A stretch of 64,000 nt of DNA from contig NC_043014.1 in assembly GCF_006345805.1 (NCBI RefSeq), forward strand, positions 22,444,001 to 22,508,000. Reading direction: 5' to 3'. A program made the position numbers and the translations under genes. Each line of letters opens with the position of its first letter. Positions within the stretch are counted from its first letter, which is position 1. This document shows, one piece after another, positions 47,459-60,970 of the stretch. This DNA comes from Octopus sinensis. Its lineage: Eukaryota. Below the pieces are notes generated by a model. That model did no database searches, had not been told where the DNA came from, and was given only the letters and a program-made list of their open reading frames with translations.

Positions 47459-47466
47459 TATATCTA

Positions 47467-48736
47467 CTAGCTGAGGTACCCGGTAATACCCAGGAGTGGA
47501 GATATTTCCAGTACCCATTCCAATGCCTAATTTCTCTCAGGCGAAAAATGAAATCAAGACATATGACAGATAATAGAAGGCATAAGCAAATTCATTCATG
47601 AAACAATAATACAAATAAATACATGTGGAATCAGAAAATGACAATCGTTTGGTCAGATGAGTGGAAAACTGCAAATATATATGTTCAATGGAAACATCAA
47701 GATGGGAATTGTAAAGGAGTGCTGTGAAAAAAAAAAGAACATAAAAGTTTAAAAAGTAAACAAAAAAATATTTAGAGCAAACAGATTTTATACTTACAAA
47801 AATGGCTGGAGTACAAAAGTGACAATGTGGCAGTCATAAGAGTCATAAGATGCTATGAGGAGGGAAAAGAAGCATACAAAAATGACAAGTTTCATCATTT
47901 TGGAGCAAATTCTCTTGCAACCTGAGAGAAAATTTTAAGTGCACATGCACTTAATTTGATGACTGTGTTTCATGGGTATAGTTCCACTGATCGTGAGGAT
48001 CAAATATTGATTACAACAGTTAGAACCAACAATTTTAAGTGCAGGTGTTAAGTAAAGACATGTTACATGTTTTTGCACACAATGCTGCAACATTCAGATT
48101 CAATAATTGTAAGTTCTGGTGTTAAGAAAATACATGTTTAGCAACCCAAGAATGCTGAAATAATTGAACATTTTAACTCCACAACAATCTAGGCCAAATT
48201 TTGTTAACCAAAAATCAGTTAATCAAAAGCCTCATGATAGCAAGGGAGAATGGGCACCAGCCAGCCCAAAGGTTAGGATGGGCTGCACCTGCCTGCCTCA
48301 GTTACTATGGCAGGTAGATCTGGCCACCCCTGTTAATGGGGACAAAACCCAGATTTAAAACACTGGATGACGATGATCTTATGCTTTGCTTGAGTAGCCT
48401 AAGTAAAAATTTATTCGTCTCAACCTATCCATAGCGCATATTCCATCTGCGTATAAAATTTCAAAAAAATTGGTTGAAAACTTTAAAGTTATGGCAGAAA
48501 ATAACATTCATATGAGAATTTGTATTGAAATGTCCTATTGATTTTTGAAAAGTCGATGCTGATTAAAAATTATCAATTTGTTTTGAAATTCCAAGTATGT
48601 AAGTGACTGAAGCCCTACACATGTGTCAAGTTTCATTAAGATTGGTTGGATAGTCTCGGAGGAGTTAAAATAACAATTTCACAAACATATACACACAGCC
48701 ACAAACAGGCAGAAATTACCATTTATATATATATAT
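47467..48736 (-). mobile_element. Non-autonomous Helitron, ~1.3 kb, related to 25392-25762
   Basis: Minus-strand 3' hairpin cctgggtattaccggg then CTAG|t at 47467. The 5' region tatatataaatgg...accaatcttaatgaaacttgacaca matches accgattctgatgaaacttgacaca of the other copy. Confidence 0.65.
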
Positions 48737-48739
48737 CGT

Positions 48740-49120
48740 AGAGTGACCTGCTGTGCTTGAGGAGACCTATTGAGTCGAGTGCATAAACATCGAAAAAAAT
48801 ATCAAATGGAAATAGTAGTTGTGATACCTGTGGCAGTGGCACATAAAAAGCACCATCCGAACGTGGCCGATGCCTTCTCTGGCTTCTGTGCCGGTGGCAC
48901 GTAAAAAGCACCAACCGATCGGGGCCGCTGCCAGCCTCCACTGGCATGTAAAAAGCACCCACTACACTCATGGAGTGGTTGGTGTTAGGAAGGGCATCCA
49001 GCTGTAGAAACACTGCCAGATCAGACTGGAGCCTGGTGCAGCCTCCTGGCTTCCCAGACCCCAGTCGAACCGTCCAACCCGTGCTAGCACGGAAAGCAGA
49101 CGTTAAATGATGATGATGAT
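48740..49120 (+). mobile_element. RTE 3'-UTR fragment
   Basis: Family modules and (GAT)n tail. Confidence 0.9.
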
Positions 49121-49498
49121 ATATATGTATGTATGTATGTATACATAGAACATTAACACATTTTACCTTCAGATATCTTTCTTGGTATGGTCTTTGACAA
49201 TGGAAAATAAGTGCATAACTTAAATTCCAGTTATGATAATTTTTTTTTCTGTATCTAAGACTATGTATCCTGTTTATCTGGCAGTAGGCTGTAGTTAAAT
49301 GGCTACTATTTCCTGAGTTGCTGCAATTATTTTAAGATGGTAATCTGTTATTTGAGAAAGATTTGACTGCTATTTTATTGCATGTGAGGCAACCATGTAG
49401 ATGGGTTTTTTTTCGTTGACTTGAGTCCTGTTTGTCTGTTTATATAACTTATAAATTCTTTAAAAAAATATTTTTACTATTTTTCATCTCTGAAACAG

Positions 49499-49686
49499 AT
49501 ACACTGGCAATGAACAATGCTAAAATGAAACAACACTGGGAGCGCATAAAAGAGTGGAAAGAAAATGTTATAAATGCCAGTGAACATAACAAAACCTGTT
49601 TTGAAGAATCACAGAAAACTATCCAAGAATTAAAAATGCGGAACACTGAATTAACAGATGAGCTCAAAAGGGAAAGATCTTCACAG
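49499..49686 (+). CDS. Optineurin/NEMO-family protein, coding exon 2 (NTLAMNNAKMKQHWERIKEWKENVINASEHNKTCFEESQKTIQELKMRNTELTDELKRERSSQ)
   Basis: Acceptor ttttcatctctgaaacag| and donor |gtaaaa, phase 1 to 0. It resembles OPTN [22 protein letters not shown] and NEMO LRDAIRQSNQILRERCEEL. Confidence 0.85.
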
Positions 49687-52600
49687 GTAAAATAGTTTTA
49701 AAAAATATTTATTAATTACAGGGATTTTAAAGTGACTGCTTTCATGTTTGTATTTCTTTGTAACCATGCAAAATAACTATCATATAACTGTCTTGAAGAG
49801 TTTTCCACCCTTCAGTTTTTGAAAATCTTTCTAATTCCTTAAAGCACTCCCCCTTTTCTCCTTAACACTTAAAAAATTGTTTTTTGCATTTTTTGTGAAC
49901 ATCATTAAAAGTTGCAGGTTTGCAATAATCCAATAACTGATTCACTGAATTTCTGATGGCAAAAGTGACAAATCAGGCAAAGTAAATATCACAAGGTATT
50001 TTTATTTCAGTGCACAGATGAAATCGATTTTTTGCCAATGTGTATACCTTCTGCCAATATTCGCTAGAGAAAGTTAGCCTCCCCATATGCATATATTCAT
50101 AATGAACTTCTGTATAGTTTATGTGAACAAAATTTCACACACAAGGCATTGGTTAACCTGAGGCTATGCTAAAGGATATATCCCCAATGTGATCCTGCAC
50201 AGTGACATTGAACCTGGAAACATGTAGTTTTGAAACACATTTCTTAACCTTCTGCCAAGCCAGCTCCTGTCAAGCAGTCCAACCCATGCCAACATGGAAA
50301 GTTGATGTTAAATGATGACCACTATTGCTATGTCCATTTTCTTTGTCCAGTCCTACATTTCTCATGCTATGGAAGACAATTTTGTTGGATTTTGGGTAGT
50401 TAGTCTTTCATCTGCTTAATGCTATAAAAACTGCTGCTGTCTTATGTTTCGTGTTGTGATGGACATTCATTTAGGACCTTTCACAGTAGAATATCCTTGT
50501 GTTATTTCAGTGTGGTAACATCCACGAGATCTAGATCCTTATGTTATTTTTTTTCTCAGGATATTAAAAAACTGTAATCCTTTAAACTATTGCAGTATCT
50601 GGTCCTAACTTGAGATTGAAAGGGTGCGATATCTGGCACTATATCATAGCATCCATTTCTAGAGGTGTCCATAAATCTCAATGCTAAAATGTGGTACCAG
50701 TCCTTCCATTATCTTCTATATGTATATATTGCATATTTCCCTTATTCAGTCCAAGTATCCCATCTGCTGAATAGACACAATCTCTTTTGTTGTAGTAGCA
50801 TTAGATTGCTTAATTTCCACAGTTAGTGTGTTGAAGCCATAGTTGGTTCCATACAGCTAAGAACAAATATTTTCTACAAGACCAACATTGTTTCTTATTC
50901 TAAATGCTCTCAGAACTTCATCCTGCCAGTCATCTTCATTTTGATGTCATTTTAATAATAAATGCATTAAATAATGTACCATTACTCATTCTGATCCAAG
51001 ATTACTTACTGATTGTGACAGCCAGATGCTCTTATTGAGAAGTACAAAAATTGTAAAATATTTGATTAAATGAATGCACAATGAATTCCTTGGTTATATG
51101 AAATTTTGTATGGTGGTGACAGGGAGAGAAACATTCCAGCTTTATCAAGATACATGTGACGGAAGCTAAAAACTGAAGTGTGAAAGACTGAGATATTGAA
51201 TGGCCAAGTTGTTGAGTGCTACCACAGCTTATATAAATGGAAATTCGAGCAATGCCAACTCTATACAGTTGAAGAATATATCTTGATACAGATTATTTGA
51301 TGTATTAAGCTTTAAAAAAAAATCTCAGAAATTCTCCTGAAATGCAAACTCAACAATCTTTACCTGGCAAATGGTACCAGTGGGATGAAGGCCAACACAT
51401 TCACTTGAAACACTAAATATTGATTATCAAAGAATCCATAAGCTGTTTTTAATGAAATGCTATCCAAAGAAGACTTGGGTAGCATGAGCAAATAAAATGA
51501 CTGTAGGGTAGAGTTAGGTTCAAACAGGGCTAAGCAATTAAACAATTAAACACCAACAATTAAAACTACCATTTATGAGCAGTATCTGAGTGATGTTAAT
51601 TTCCATTTCAGCTTCATGATTACAATTCCTCTTTAGTATTGTAGTGATACAATAGAAATTTTACTGTTGTGCTGATAGCTTTGAACATCACATCAGAAAT
51701 AATTTTTGAGTAGTTACATGGTACACATTGTTAACATGAAGAGATAAGTGAAAATCAAAAGAGATTGTTGCAGTTATATAAAGACATGCAATTTTATCCA
51801 TCTGTTTTGATTAAACATATATTTAATTCCATGAAATAAAGTTCCATGTTGAAACCAGAGCATTTGCCAGCTTAAAACAAGGATTGAATTGGCTAGTTTT
51901 GTCTTAAAAAACTTGTCATGGATCACTTACCTCTGCCATCTAAACTACTGCAATAAAGTAATAGAATTATATATAATAACTCTTACTTGGATTATGAATA
52001 AATATATGAAATTTTATTATCCTTAATAAACATAAAGCTTTTGGCATCTTGGAATGAGAATAGTTTACCTTTGTGAAGAATTGGCTGCTATTTGAGTAAG
52101 TGTTTAAGACTTTGTAGAAACTATTTTGCTGTGTCATCTTTAAGACATAAAAATATTTGTGTAGATTGAAATATGTCAGGGTTGTAATTAGTGTCTTTAA
52201 GAGAGCTAGTTGTTTGATCATTGTATCAAATATGTCTGGTACAAGTATACTGTGTGAGGTAAGCTCATAGACCCAAGTTATCTATACCTAAGTATTAGGT
52301 GTAGGGAATAGATTTAAGAAATTAATAAAAGGCTGAGATGCAAAAATCAGTTAAGGAACTGATTGCTATAAATGCCTTAATACATGATCGTTGGGGTTAT
52401 GTTAAAAAAAATCATGTGTCAACACAAAATGTCATTGGTGGACAGAATTTAATGAAGGTAAGTTTGTATCAGTTGTACACAGTTCTGGGTGTATCACAAT
52501 GAAGTTCACATTTTGACTCTTCTGATAATTATTGTTTGAGCTTACTAATACTTTGGCTAACTAATCCTGTACTATTTTGGCTGTAAACTTTTCCCTTCAT

Positions 52601-53954
52601 TTCACTGAAATCTGAATTAGTTATCCTTACTAAACTTGGTGGTGAAATACTGGAAAATGAATCATGCAAATAATGAATGATAGAGAATATGATAAAACCA
52701 TTTGATCTTCTGTAGTGTAGTTTAGTAATCAGTCTGTTATAGATATATAAATAGAGGTTACTTCATCTGGTGATGTTAGTTGTTTAAGTTGAATTAGAAG
52801 TTAGTTATAAGACCGAGAGTGTAAAATTTGATATCAAGAAATCTGGTGAAGGTCTGTGTTGGTAACAGTTAGTGAATAAAATTTGGTTTATAGATTTATT
52901 GATTACATCCATTACATACACACTTGTGTACATTATGGAAAATTATTTTAACCAGTTTCATATTGAATTAGTTGTACTTTGAAATGTTATTGTCATATTA
53001 CAACAGAGATATACTAGTTTCCATTGGTGGAGGTTTATGTGTGGTTTCAGCTTTCTTGGCAGCCATTATTAGAATGCAAAAAGGGATATTCTGTTATGTC
53101 AGTGAGGGGTTTCAGGTGACTGTGTGTGTGTATGTCTGAAACCAATCCACGCAACAACCTCTCTAGTACTTGTACCATGATAAAATTTATTCAGACCAGG
53201 CTTTAGTTGCAAAAAACATGACATACACAATAACTAAGTTCACTGTCTTTTTATTTTCTTTTGTTCTGTGTGCCAAATGACAAAGGACTATGAGGAATGG
53301 TGAAGCTCTGTGAGATTTGTTCAGCTTGTGACAGTATGGCTGAATGTAAAATATTGGTGATATGGATATCTTTGTGCATTTGTCTATCTATCTGTCTGTC
53401 CCACTATCTATCTGTCTATCTTTCTGTTTGGTTGTCTGTTTATCTGTCTGTATGTCCATCTATCTGTTGTGTTTGCCAGTCTATCCATTGGTCTGGCTGT
53501 CTATCTACCTGCCTACTTCTTGCCTTGGCTTTTATGAACGAAGAATAGAAACAAGAACATAAAAAACAAAGATAAATTTTGACAAACATTTTCTTATAAT
53601 TGTGTTTATTTTAGCCTTTTTCTTTGGGTCCTCACACTTCAACATCTGACCCCCAGATTTGCTGTATCCTCTCTCTCTGTATTTTCTACTGCTACTACTG
53701 TGTTTTTTTCACCTCAGAGCCAACTGTCTCATACCACTCCCATTTAACTTATTTAATCCATATTGTGTCCACCTTTCATGCCTTGAACTATCGCAGCCTT
53801 CTGGAATTCCCTCCATGCACATAGTTTTTCCTCAGTCATCATCTTGAAACTGTTCAAGGAGATAATCATGACCACATTACTCTCACTGATCTTGAAGAGC
53901 CAGCAATGGCCGTTGCTATAACGCCTGGACCAAATCAAAAGTAATAATAAGAAT

Positions 53955-54165
53955 AGGCGAAAGGCTTGAAATTTTAGGTGAAGGGATTAGTTTATTACAT
54001 TGGCCCCAGTGCTCAACTGGTACTTACTTTATTGACTCCAAAGCATGTAAGTCAAAGTCAATTTCAGCAGGATTTGAACTCAAAACAAAGTGTTGGAAGA
54101 AGTACAATTAAGCATTTTGTTCAGCATGATAATGATTCTGCCAGTTCATTGCCTTAATACCCCCC
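53955..54165 (+). mobile_element. SINE-like repeat (same family as 37445-37630)
   Basis: ccccagtgctcaactggtacttactttattgac...gatttgaactc...taagcattttg. Confidence 0.65.
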
Positions 54166-54211
54166 TCCTCCTCCTCCTCCTACTACTACTACTACTACTA
54201 CTACTACTAAT

Positions 54212-54580
54212 GTGGATGTGCAATGGTCCAGTGGTTAGGGCAGTGGATTTGCGGCCGTAGGATCACGGTTTCAATTCCCAGACCAGGCATTGTGAGTGTT
54301 TATTGAGTGAAAACACCTAAAGCACCATGAGGCTCCAGCATGGGGTGGTGGCGAACCCTGATGTACTCTTTTACCACAACTTTCTCTCACTATTTCTTCC
54401 TGTTTCTGTTGTACCTGTCACGCCTTGTCACGCTTTGCGTCATGCTGAATCTCCCTGAGAACTATGTTATGGGTACATGTGTCTGTGGAGTGCTCAGCCA
54501 CTTGCACGTTAATTTCCCAAGCAGGCTGTTCCATTGATCAGATCAACTGGAACCCTTATCATTGTAACCAACAGAGTGCC
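54212..54580 (+). mobile_element. tRNA-derived SINE inserted in an (ACT)n tract
   Basis: A box tggtccagtgg, B box ggtttcaattcc. actactactaat on both sides (54200-54211, 54581-54592). The 3' half is shared with 12818-13143. Confidence 0.8.
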
Positions 54581-55139
54581 ACTACTACTAATACACTACC
54601 ACTACTACTACTTTCAAAACTTATATTTTTATTTTGTTAATGTGACCATTTACAAAGTATATTTTTAATAGGTGTTTCATGGGGCTTCTCTAGTTTTCCA
54701 AATGACTAACTTTACTTCACCTTATGATGTGACATTTTTACTCGTTTTTACCTTGTTTTCTGTTATTTACAAATTGAGCAGTGTGCGTTATTTTTGACAC
54801 AATATTTAGAATGTTAATTTAATGGCATTCACCTATTCAGATCTTTAATCATTCAGCAGCAGACGCTTATCAGAATGTCTTTGTAAATTAGGAAATACTT
54901 ATGGTAGTATGACACTGCTGTTTTTAACTTGTTAATTGTTACAATGTACACTGTCAATACATTGTAGTAAGGTAAATCTATTTGCTTCCTTCAGACTCCC
55001 ATAAAGCATACCAATGTCCACTCCTCTGTAGATGACTTGGTAGGAATAGCAGCATAATTTCTTTTGAATCATGCCATACCTTACAATTTTTTAAAAACGT
55101 AAAGGGCATTGGATAATATAATGATATTACTTCTGTTAG

Positions 55140-55560
55140 TAACAAAGGCATTCATTCTAAGTGAGGGACAAAATGCATGATGCCTGTATAAGAAGTGTAG
55201 TGTTGTATGGTAGGGAAGTGAACATGGAATGTAGAAGATGAGCATAGGTTGGAAAGAAATTAGGTGAGCCAGCTACATAGGATATATAATGTTAGCATGC
55301 ATTAATGGCAGATCTCAAACGAGTTGAAAGACAAAGTAGATTTAAAAGAAATCACTTGTAGTGTGCAAAAGAGAAGATCAATCTAGTGTGGACATGTAAT
55401 ACATATGTAGGATGACAATTGGGTAAAAGAAGTGCTAAATCATCTAAATAGAAAGAAGTTATGGAAGACCAAAGAAAACATGAAAAGAAGTAACAAATAC
55501 TGATCTCAGAAGGCTGAACTTAGTAATGAAGATGATTAATGACTTACTAGTTGTTGGATG
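55140..55560 (+). mobile_element. Ancient RTE C-terminal fragment
   Basis: Degenerate match to the KGRLYDACV...WYGHV...GRPRKTW region at DNA level. Confidence 0.55.
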
Positions 55561-56057
55561 TTGTGCTGGAAACTCTATGTCCAACTCCTTTTGTCCATTT
55601 CTTCCATGGATAAAATATTGATTTCTGACATTGATGTAACAAATTTAGTGGGGTAGAGAGAAACAGCTTATTAAATCAGCCCCAGTACTTCACTGGTATT
55701 AATTTATGTTATCAGTCTTGGAAGGATGAAAGGTAAAGTTGACTTTGGCAAGATTTGAACTGAAAATGTAAAAGGGCTGTAACTAAATACGAGACACTTT
55801 TCTAATGCTCCAATGGTTATGTCAAACCTTAAATCTTTTTCAGATTAAATATTTTAAAATCAAAGGAAAAAAAAGAAAGATGAGCATGCTAAATATGTGA
55901 TATGTATTTAGAAACAATAGGTATTGGTTAAGGGTGATTTATTTGGGGTCAAGCAACTTTGTAGAACCTCCCTCAAACTGGTTTGCAATGGATGCTCCTT
56001 TTTATTGATTTGCTTCTTCTAAAGGTTACTGACCAAAGTTTCTGTATGTTTCTGAAG

Positions 56058-56252
56058 GTACATGAGGATAATAAAGAAACGCTGAGTACCAATGAGGATC
56101 GTGAAAGTTTTTGCCTGTCATCTGAAGTAGAATCTGTAAGAAATCAAAGCTTTCTTGAAGAAGAGAGAAACACCTCAGCAACATGTGAAAATTTTGAAGC
56201 TGAAAACAACAAACTAACCGAGGAGAACTTAAACTCTTATCAAAAGTATCAA
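56058..56252 (+). CDS. Optineurin/NEMO-family protein, coding exon 3 (VHEDNKET...NLNSYQKYQ; 65 codons, phase 0-0)
   Basis: Open acidic frame between tgtttctgaag| and |gtatgt. An in-frame alternative acceptor is possible at 56024. Confidence 0.7.
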
Positions 56253-57731
56253 GTATGTTTCATTATTCTTTATTTGAATATTCAACTTTGAAATATTTTT
56301 TTTTCATAATTATCAATTGATTGGTCTTCATTTAAAATCTTATAATAATTCTGCTTGTCATTGCATTACTTAGCCCATCAATAATACTTCCACATGATTA
56401 GAGAAAAAAGAGAGAGAGAGAAGCATCCATGACATGAGGTAGAGGGAATGTAATTGTGATCCTTTCACATGATTAATTGAAGGGAAAATGAGGAGAAAGA
56501 AAAAGGAGAGAGAAAAAGAGGATAAGACAAAAAGTGAGACAGAAAGAGGAAGAGAGAAGTGTCCATGACATGATGTAGGGGGAAACGTAATATTTATGAT
56601 GTGATTAAAAAAGTTAGTGGAAGGTAGAAGAGGAGAGTTAAAAATATAATTTTAGCAGAGGGGTGATGTTCTGATGGTGAGGTTAAAGAAAGGCAGAGAG
56701 AGAGATGATGATGATGGTGGTGGTGGTGGTTATTGGATAATGAAATGTGTATTTTTTTTAATTGAATTAAGTTTTTTATATCACCCATCACTTAACACAT
56801 GCACATAAGTGCAGTTCCGTGAAATATTCACGCTTATTTACGTGGCAGATATATGCAATTTAACTAAAGGTTGTATCATATGTACAGAATATTTTTTGTT
56901 TGTTTATGGGGAAAATGGAAAATTAAGAGTAAATATTTATTTTATGAGTGTTGTATATTAAGTCTATAAAATTGTACAAAAAGTATATAAAGTGCATTAA
57001 GTAATCATCATATTCCAATTTCTTTCACTTTTCAATGAGTAGTAGATGAGTGTCTATCTTTCCATACAGACACAACACAGGTTATGCTTTCAGGTTTTTT
57101 GGATAAACTTTTCAGAAATAACTCGTTTACCATTAATTCTGTGAAATATTCACAGGTCCCACTAGTAACATACATATTAATAGTGTTTTGTGGCCCATTG
57201 AATTGTTAGACCATGTATCACTGCAAACTTCCTCACATGTGAGAGAGGATAGACCAGAGTGATAGCTTTCTTTTTTATTTATTAATTTTTTTTGTGGTTT
57301 AATCAGGAGATAGTCACTACCTATAACCCAAGATCTTGATATTCTCTAAGCAGTGACCTGAACTCAATGTTTACAACAAAGTGGACTCTGCTAAAAGTTT
57401 CTGTGGGTCAAATGGTGGTGTTATAGATTTCAGTACAACACTACCAGCTGTCAAAACATTCATCACTTATGCAATATATTTCTGAAGATCTCTATGTTAG
57501 CATGGTCCCTGTTAACACTAACTTCAGGCACAATGAAATGTCAGTAAAAAGGATAAAGGCTGTCAACATTTCTGGGTTCCTAAGCTTATCTGTTTGGTCA
57601 GCTGTGATTGACTGTTTGTCTGTTTGTCACTACTTACCTATAGAAAATTGGGACTATTGCCAGTTTTCATGGTTTTTGTCTAGTCATATATCACATTCCA
57701 TCTTATATTCAGATATAAGTGTGTATAGGCC

Positions 57732-59048
57732 TACAAGGAATTTGGACTGAATTTGTATAAAAGGAAAAGAAAACAATATCCCATTTACAAATAGAAGTAT
57801 TTTAAAAAATCAAAAAAGTTAAATTCGATTATGGCTGGGAGATAGCAATATACTCAAAGTAGCCATCCTCAGCTTCTACCATGGCCTCAAGATAGCTGTG
57901 GAATCTGGGGCTTGCATTTCTCACTGTGTCTGGGAAGATCTTCAAACACCTCCTTCATCTTGGCCACCAGTTCGTCCTTGGTGTTGCAGGCTGAGCAGTT
58001 GATGCCTTTCTCAACTGCCTCCCCAATTGTAATCCATGGGATAACAACTGAAAAAATTAGGAGGATAGAAATAGGGGCTGATGAAGTCATAGAGATTCTC
58101 CAACAACCACTTCTAAATTCTTTCCAAAAGTATGGCAAAGAGCTGAATCCTGCTACCAAACATAAGGCCTTCTAGCAGTAACTCTCTCCAGCCAGGGTTT
58201 GACTACAGTCTCCAGCAGCTTCACATAACCATCTGAATTAAGCCTAAAGCCCAATTTTTAGATGAATTCTAGTGTGTGGCCACAGTCAGAATACCTGCTG
58301 TGTCCCTTCTTGCTGCTGCCCATGCTGTGTCTTACAGGCTTTACAGTGTTCATTGAGCATTGAGCAGCAAGCATGATGTCAGTATTTTGATATCTTGCAT
58401 GAATCATCATAATACAGGTAAACTTTGCCAATAATCAGATGGCTTCTAGTCATCCTTGTCAGCTAACTTTTTCTCAACTGCAACTTTAATCTTTATGCTC
58501 TCCAATGTCATTGAGCGTTTTCTAATACATCAAATCGGAATCGAAATTGAACCAATCCTATGACTGGCACCCGGCAGATGCCAGGACCCCTGGACTGGAG
58601 ATACGTAAAAAGCACTATCCGAATCGTGGCTGATGCCAGCGCCGCCTTGACTGGTTTCCGTGTCGGTGGCACATAAAAAGCACCATCCGAATCGTGGCCG
58701 AAGCCAGTGCCGCCTCGACTGGCTTCCATGCAGGTGGCACGTAAAATGCACCAATCCGACCGTGGCCGATGCCAGCCTCGCCTGACACCTGTGCAGGTGG
58801 CACGTAAAAAGCACCCACTACACTCATGGAGTGGTTGGCGTTAGGAAGGGCATCCAGCTGTAGAAACATTGCCAGATAAGACCGGAGCCTGGTGCAGCCT
58901 TCTGGCTTCCCCGGTCGAACCGTCCAACCCATGCTAGCATGGAGAACGGACGTTAAGCGATGATGATGATGATGATGATGATGATCAAGCTGTTCCTGAA
59001 AGAATGAGACACAAAAAAAATTGTCAAATTTAGCCTGAACATCCTGTA
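57732..59048 (-). mobile_element. Deleted Tc1/mariner-superfamily transposon interrupted by an RTE fragment
   Basis: C-terminal peptide GEAVEKGINCSACNTKDELVAKMKEVFEDLP. Imperfect TIRs tacaaggaatttggactgaatttg (57732) and caaatttagcctgaacatcctgta (to 59048). Confidence 0.7.
58505..58985 (+). mobile_element. RTE 3'-UTR fragment with modular repeats
   Basis: Family modules and a long (GAT)n tail. Confidence 0.9.
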
Positions 59049-59194
59049 CATTGTCAAATGCAACCATAATTTAAAAAAAAAGGTTTCATTTGAGGGACAT
59101 TTGACTTCCTCTATACTTAGCAGGTCAAACAACCATGGAGAGGCTCTTTTTTTTTTGGCTCACTTTGCAAAGTTGTATGGCTTGAAGGATAATA

Positions 59195-60374
59195 CAGGGT
59201 GGGGCAGAGAGGATGGACGTTTTTGAAAAATTCACAAAATCATTAATCTTAGCTGCAGACAAATTTTATTGACATCAATGTGTTCATATCAAATTAGCAT
59301 TTGCCAAAATGAAGTGTGGAAAACAACATCCATCATGTGGTGTCTGTTTTCATTGATGCATCTCTGAAGGTGTTCTTGGAAGTTGGCCTCCACTCTCTTG
59401 GGCATTGTTCTGTCGATTTGGGTGAGTTTCACGCGAATACCTTCCTTCAAGTCATCCAATGTATGGGGTTTATGTGCATATACACATGCCTTGAGGTTTC
59501 CCTACAAGAAATAATCCCACATGGACAAATCAGAGGACTGAGGGGGGCCAAGGAATGTCAGCAAACCTGGAAATGAGGCAGTCACTGAAGAGAGAGCAAA
59601 GAATCTCTATTGATGCTCTGGCTGTGTGGGCCATTGCTCTATCCTGCTGAAACCTCACATGTCGAATAGGCATATGTTTTTGTCATAATTCAGGGTCAAA
59701 GAAGTTGTTTATCGTCTTGATGTAATGCTTGGCGTTCACAGTAACAGCATTTCCATTATTATCTTTAAAAAATTAAGGACAGCAGCTTTTCCACCAGTAC
59801 ACCAGGCAGTCACTTTTGGGCTGTGCAGTGGTCTTTCGTGCAGTTCTCTTGGATTTTCAAGATTCCAATAATGACAGTTCTGTTGATTCACCATGCCATT
59901 GAGATGAAAATGAGCTTCATCACTCATTAAAAAAATGAGGTTGATTCCATCTGATGTGCAAAGTTAAGCCATTGTGCATAGTCCCATAGTTTCAACTGTT
60001 GCACAATGACCAATTTGCACAGGTGAAAATGCAGGTCTTCATGTAAAACACACCTTAGTGATTGATTACAGATGTCAAGTTCAGTGGAATGCCTCCAAGC
60101 AGAGTGATTCAGACACTGTATTAAAGCTTGTCTGACATGTTCCACATTTTCTGGAGTCCATACCATTAGTGTACCTTGTGTATGAAGTGTATTCATCCAA
60201 CGTAAGATTGTGTTACGGGTGGGAACAGCCTGATTTCAGTGAAGTGGCACCGAAACTCATGCTGAACTGCTGTAACAGACTTGTTATTCTTCATGTACCT
60301 GTCACAGGCGAACATGCAATGCTCTATTGTGTAATAGCCATTTCAAAAACGTCCACCCTCTCTGCCCCACCCTG
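59195..60374 (-). mobile_element. Tc1/mariner-superfamily transposon (maT/rosa-like), degenerate, 1180 bp
   Basis: TIRs cagggtggggcagagaggatggacgtttttgaaa / tttcaaaaacgtccaccctctctgccccaccctg with TA TSDs. Peptides MSDEAHFHLNGMVNQQN..YW..ENPRELHERPLHSPKVT and WPP.S.DLS.WDYFL. Confidence 0.9.
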
Positions 60375-60733
60375 TATCTATCTAAAATATTCCAACAAGG
60401 AAGACTCTAGGGTTGGTCAATCTACTAGAAACAATAGTCAAATCTCCCTCATATTAAATCTTGCTGTCTTAAGGAAAGATCATGTTAGAGAATGTAGTAT
60501 TAGACATAACTCTAAAAAATGAGGTGGTCATGGCTGAAATGCCTTTGATCATAATTTTCAATCTAGGCTGATGTAGGACTAAACAGCAACAAGATATTTC
60601 AGTAATTCATACAAATGTGCAATCTATTATTGTGTGGAGAAGGAAGTATGTATGTGTTTGTACAGGGACTATTTAATGTTGCATTGTTTTTATTTGCATG
60701 TGTTATGTTGTTTTGGTTTTTCTTCCTTTTCAG

Positions 60734-60970
60734 ACTCTTCTGGTGCAAACTAAACAGGAATCTAGTTCTGATGACCTAACAGATCTAAGTTCCAAGCTGG
60801 AACACCATGGATCAAAAACTGATGAGACATTCTCCAATCTCATAAACGACAACAGTCAGCTTGGCAATTATTCAGATGATGCATTTTATAAGAGTATGAT
60901 GAATCAATTAAGTATTGAGCGGTCACTCGTGAATGATTTGAGGTTGCAGAATAACGAATTAGAGAAAAAG
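60734..60970 (+). CDS. Optineurin/NEMO-family protein, coding exon 4 (TLLVQTKQE...LRLQNNELEKK; 79 codons, phase 0-0)
   Basis: Strong acceptor tttttcttccttttcag| and donor AAG|gtaaat; open frame ending in coiled-coil heptads. Confidence 0.85.

Noticed and set aside
55983-56057. Independent 102-aa ORF starting at 55983
   Set aside because: It is exon 3 plus intronic read-through; the track's start codon is a TTG in the intron.
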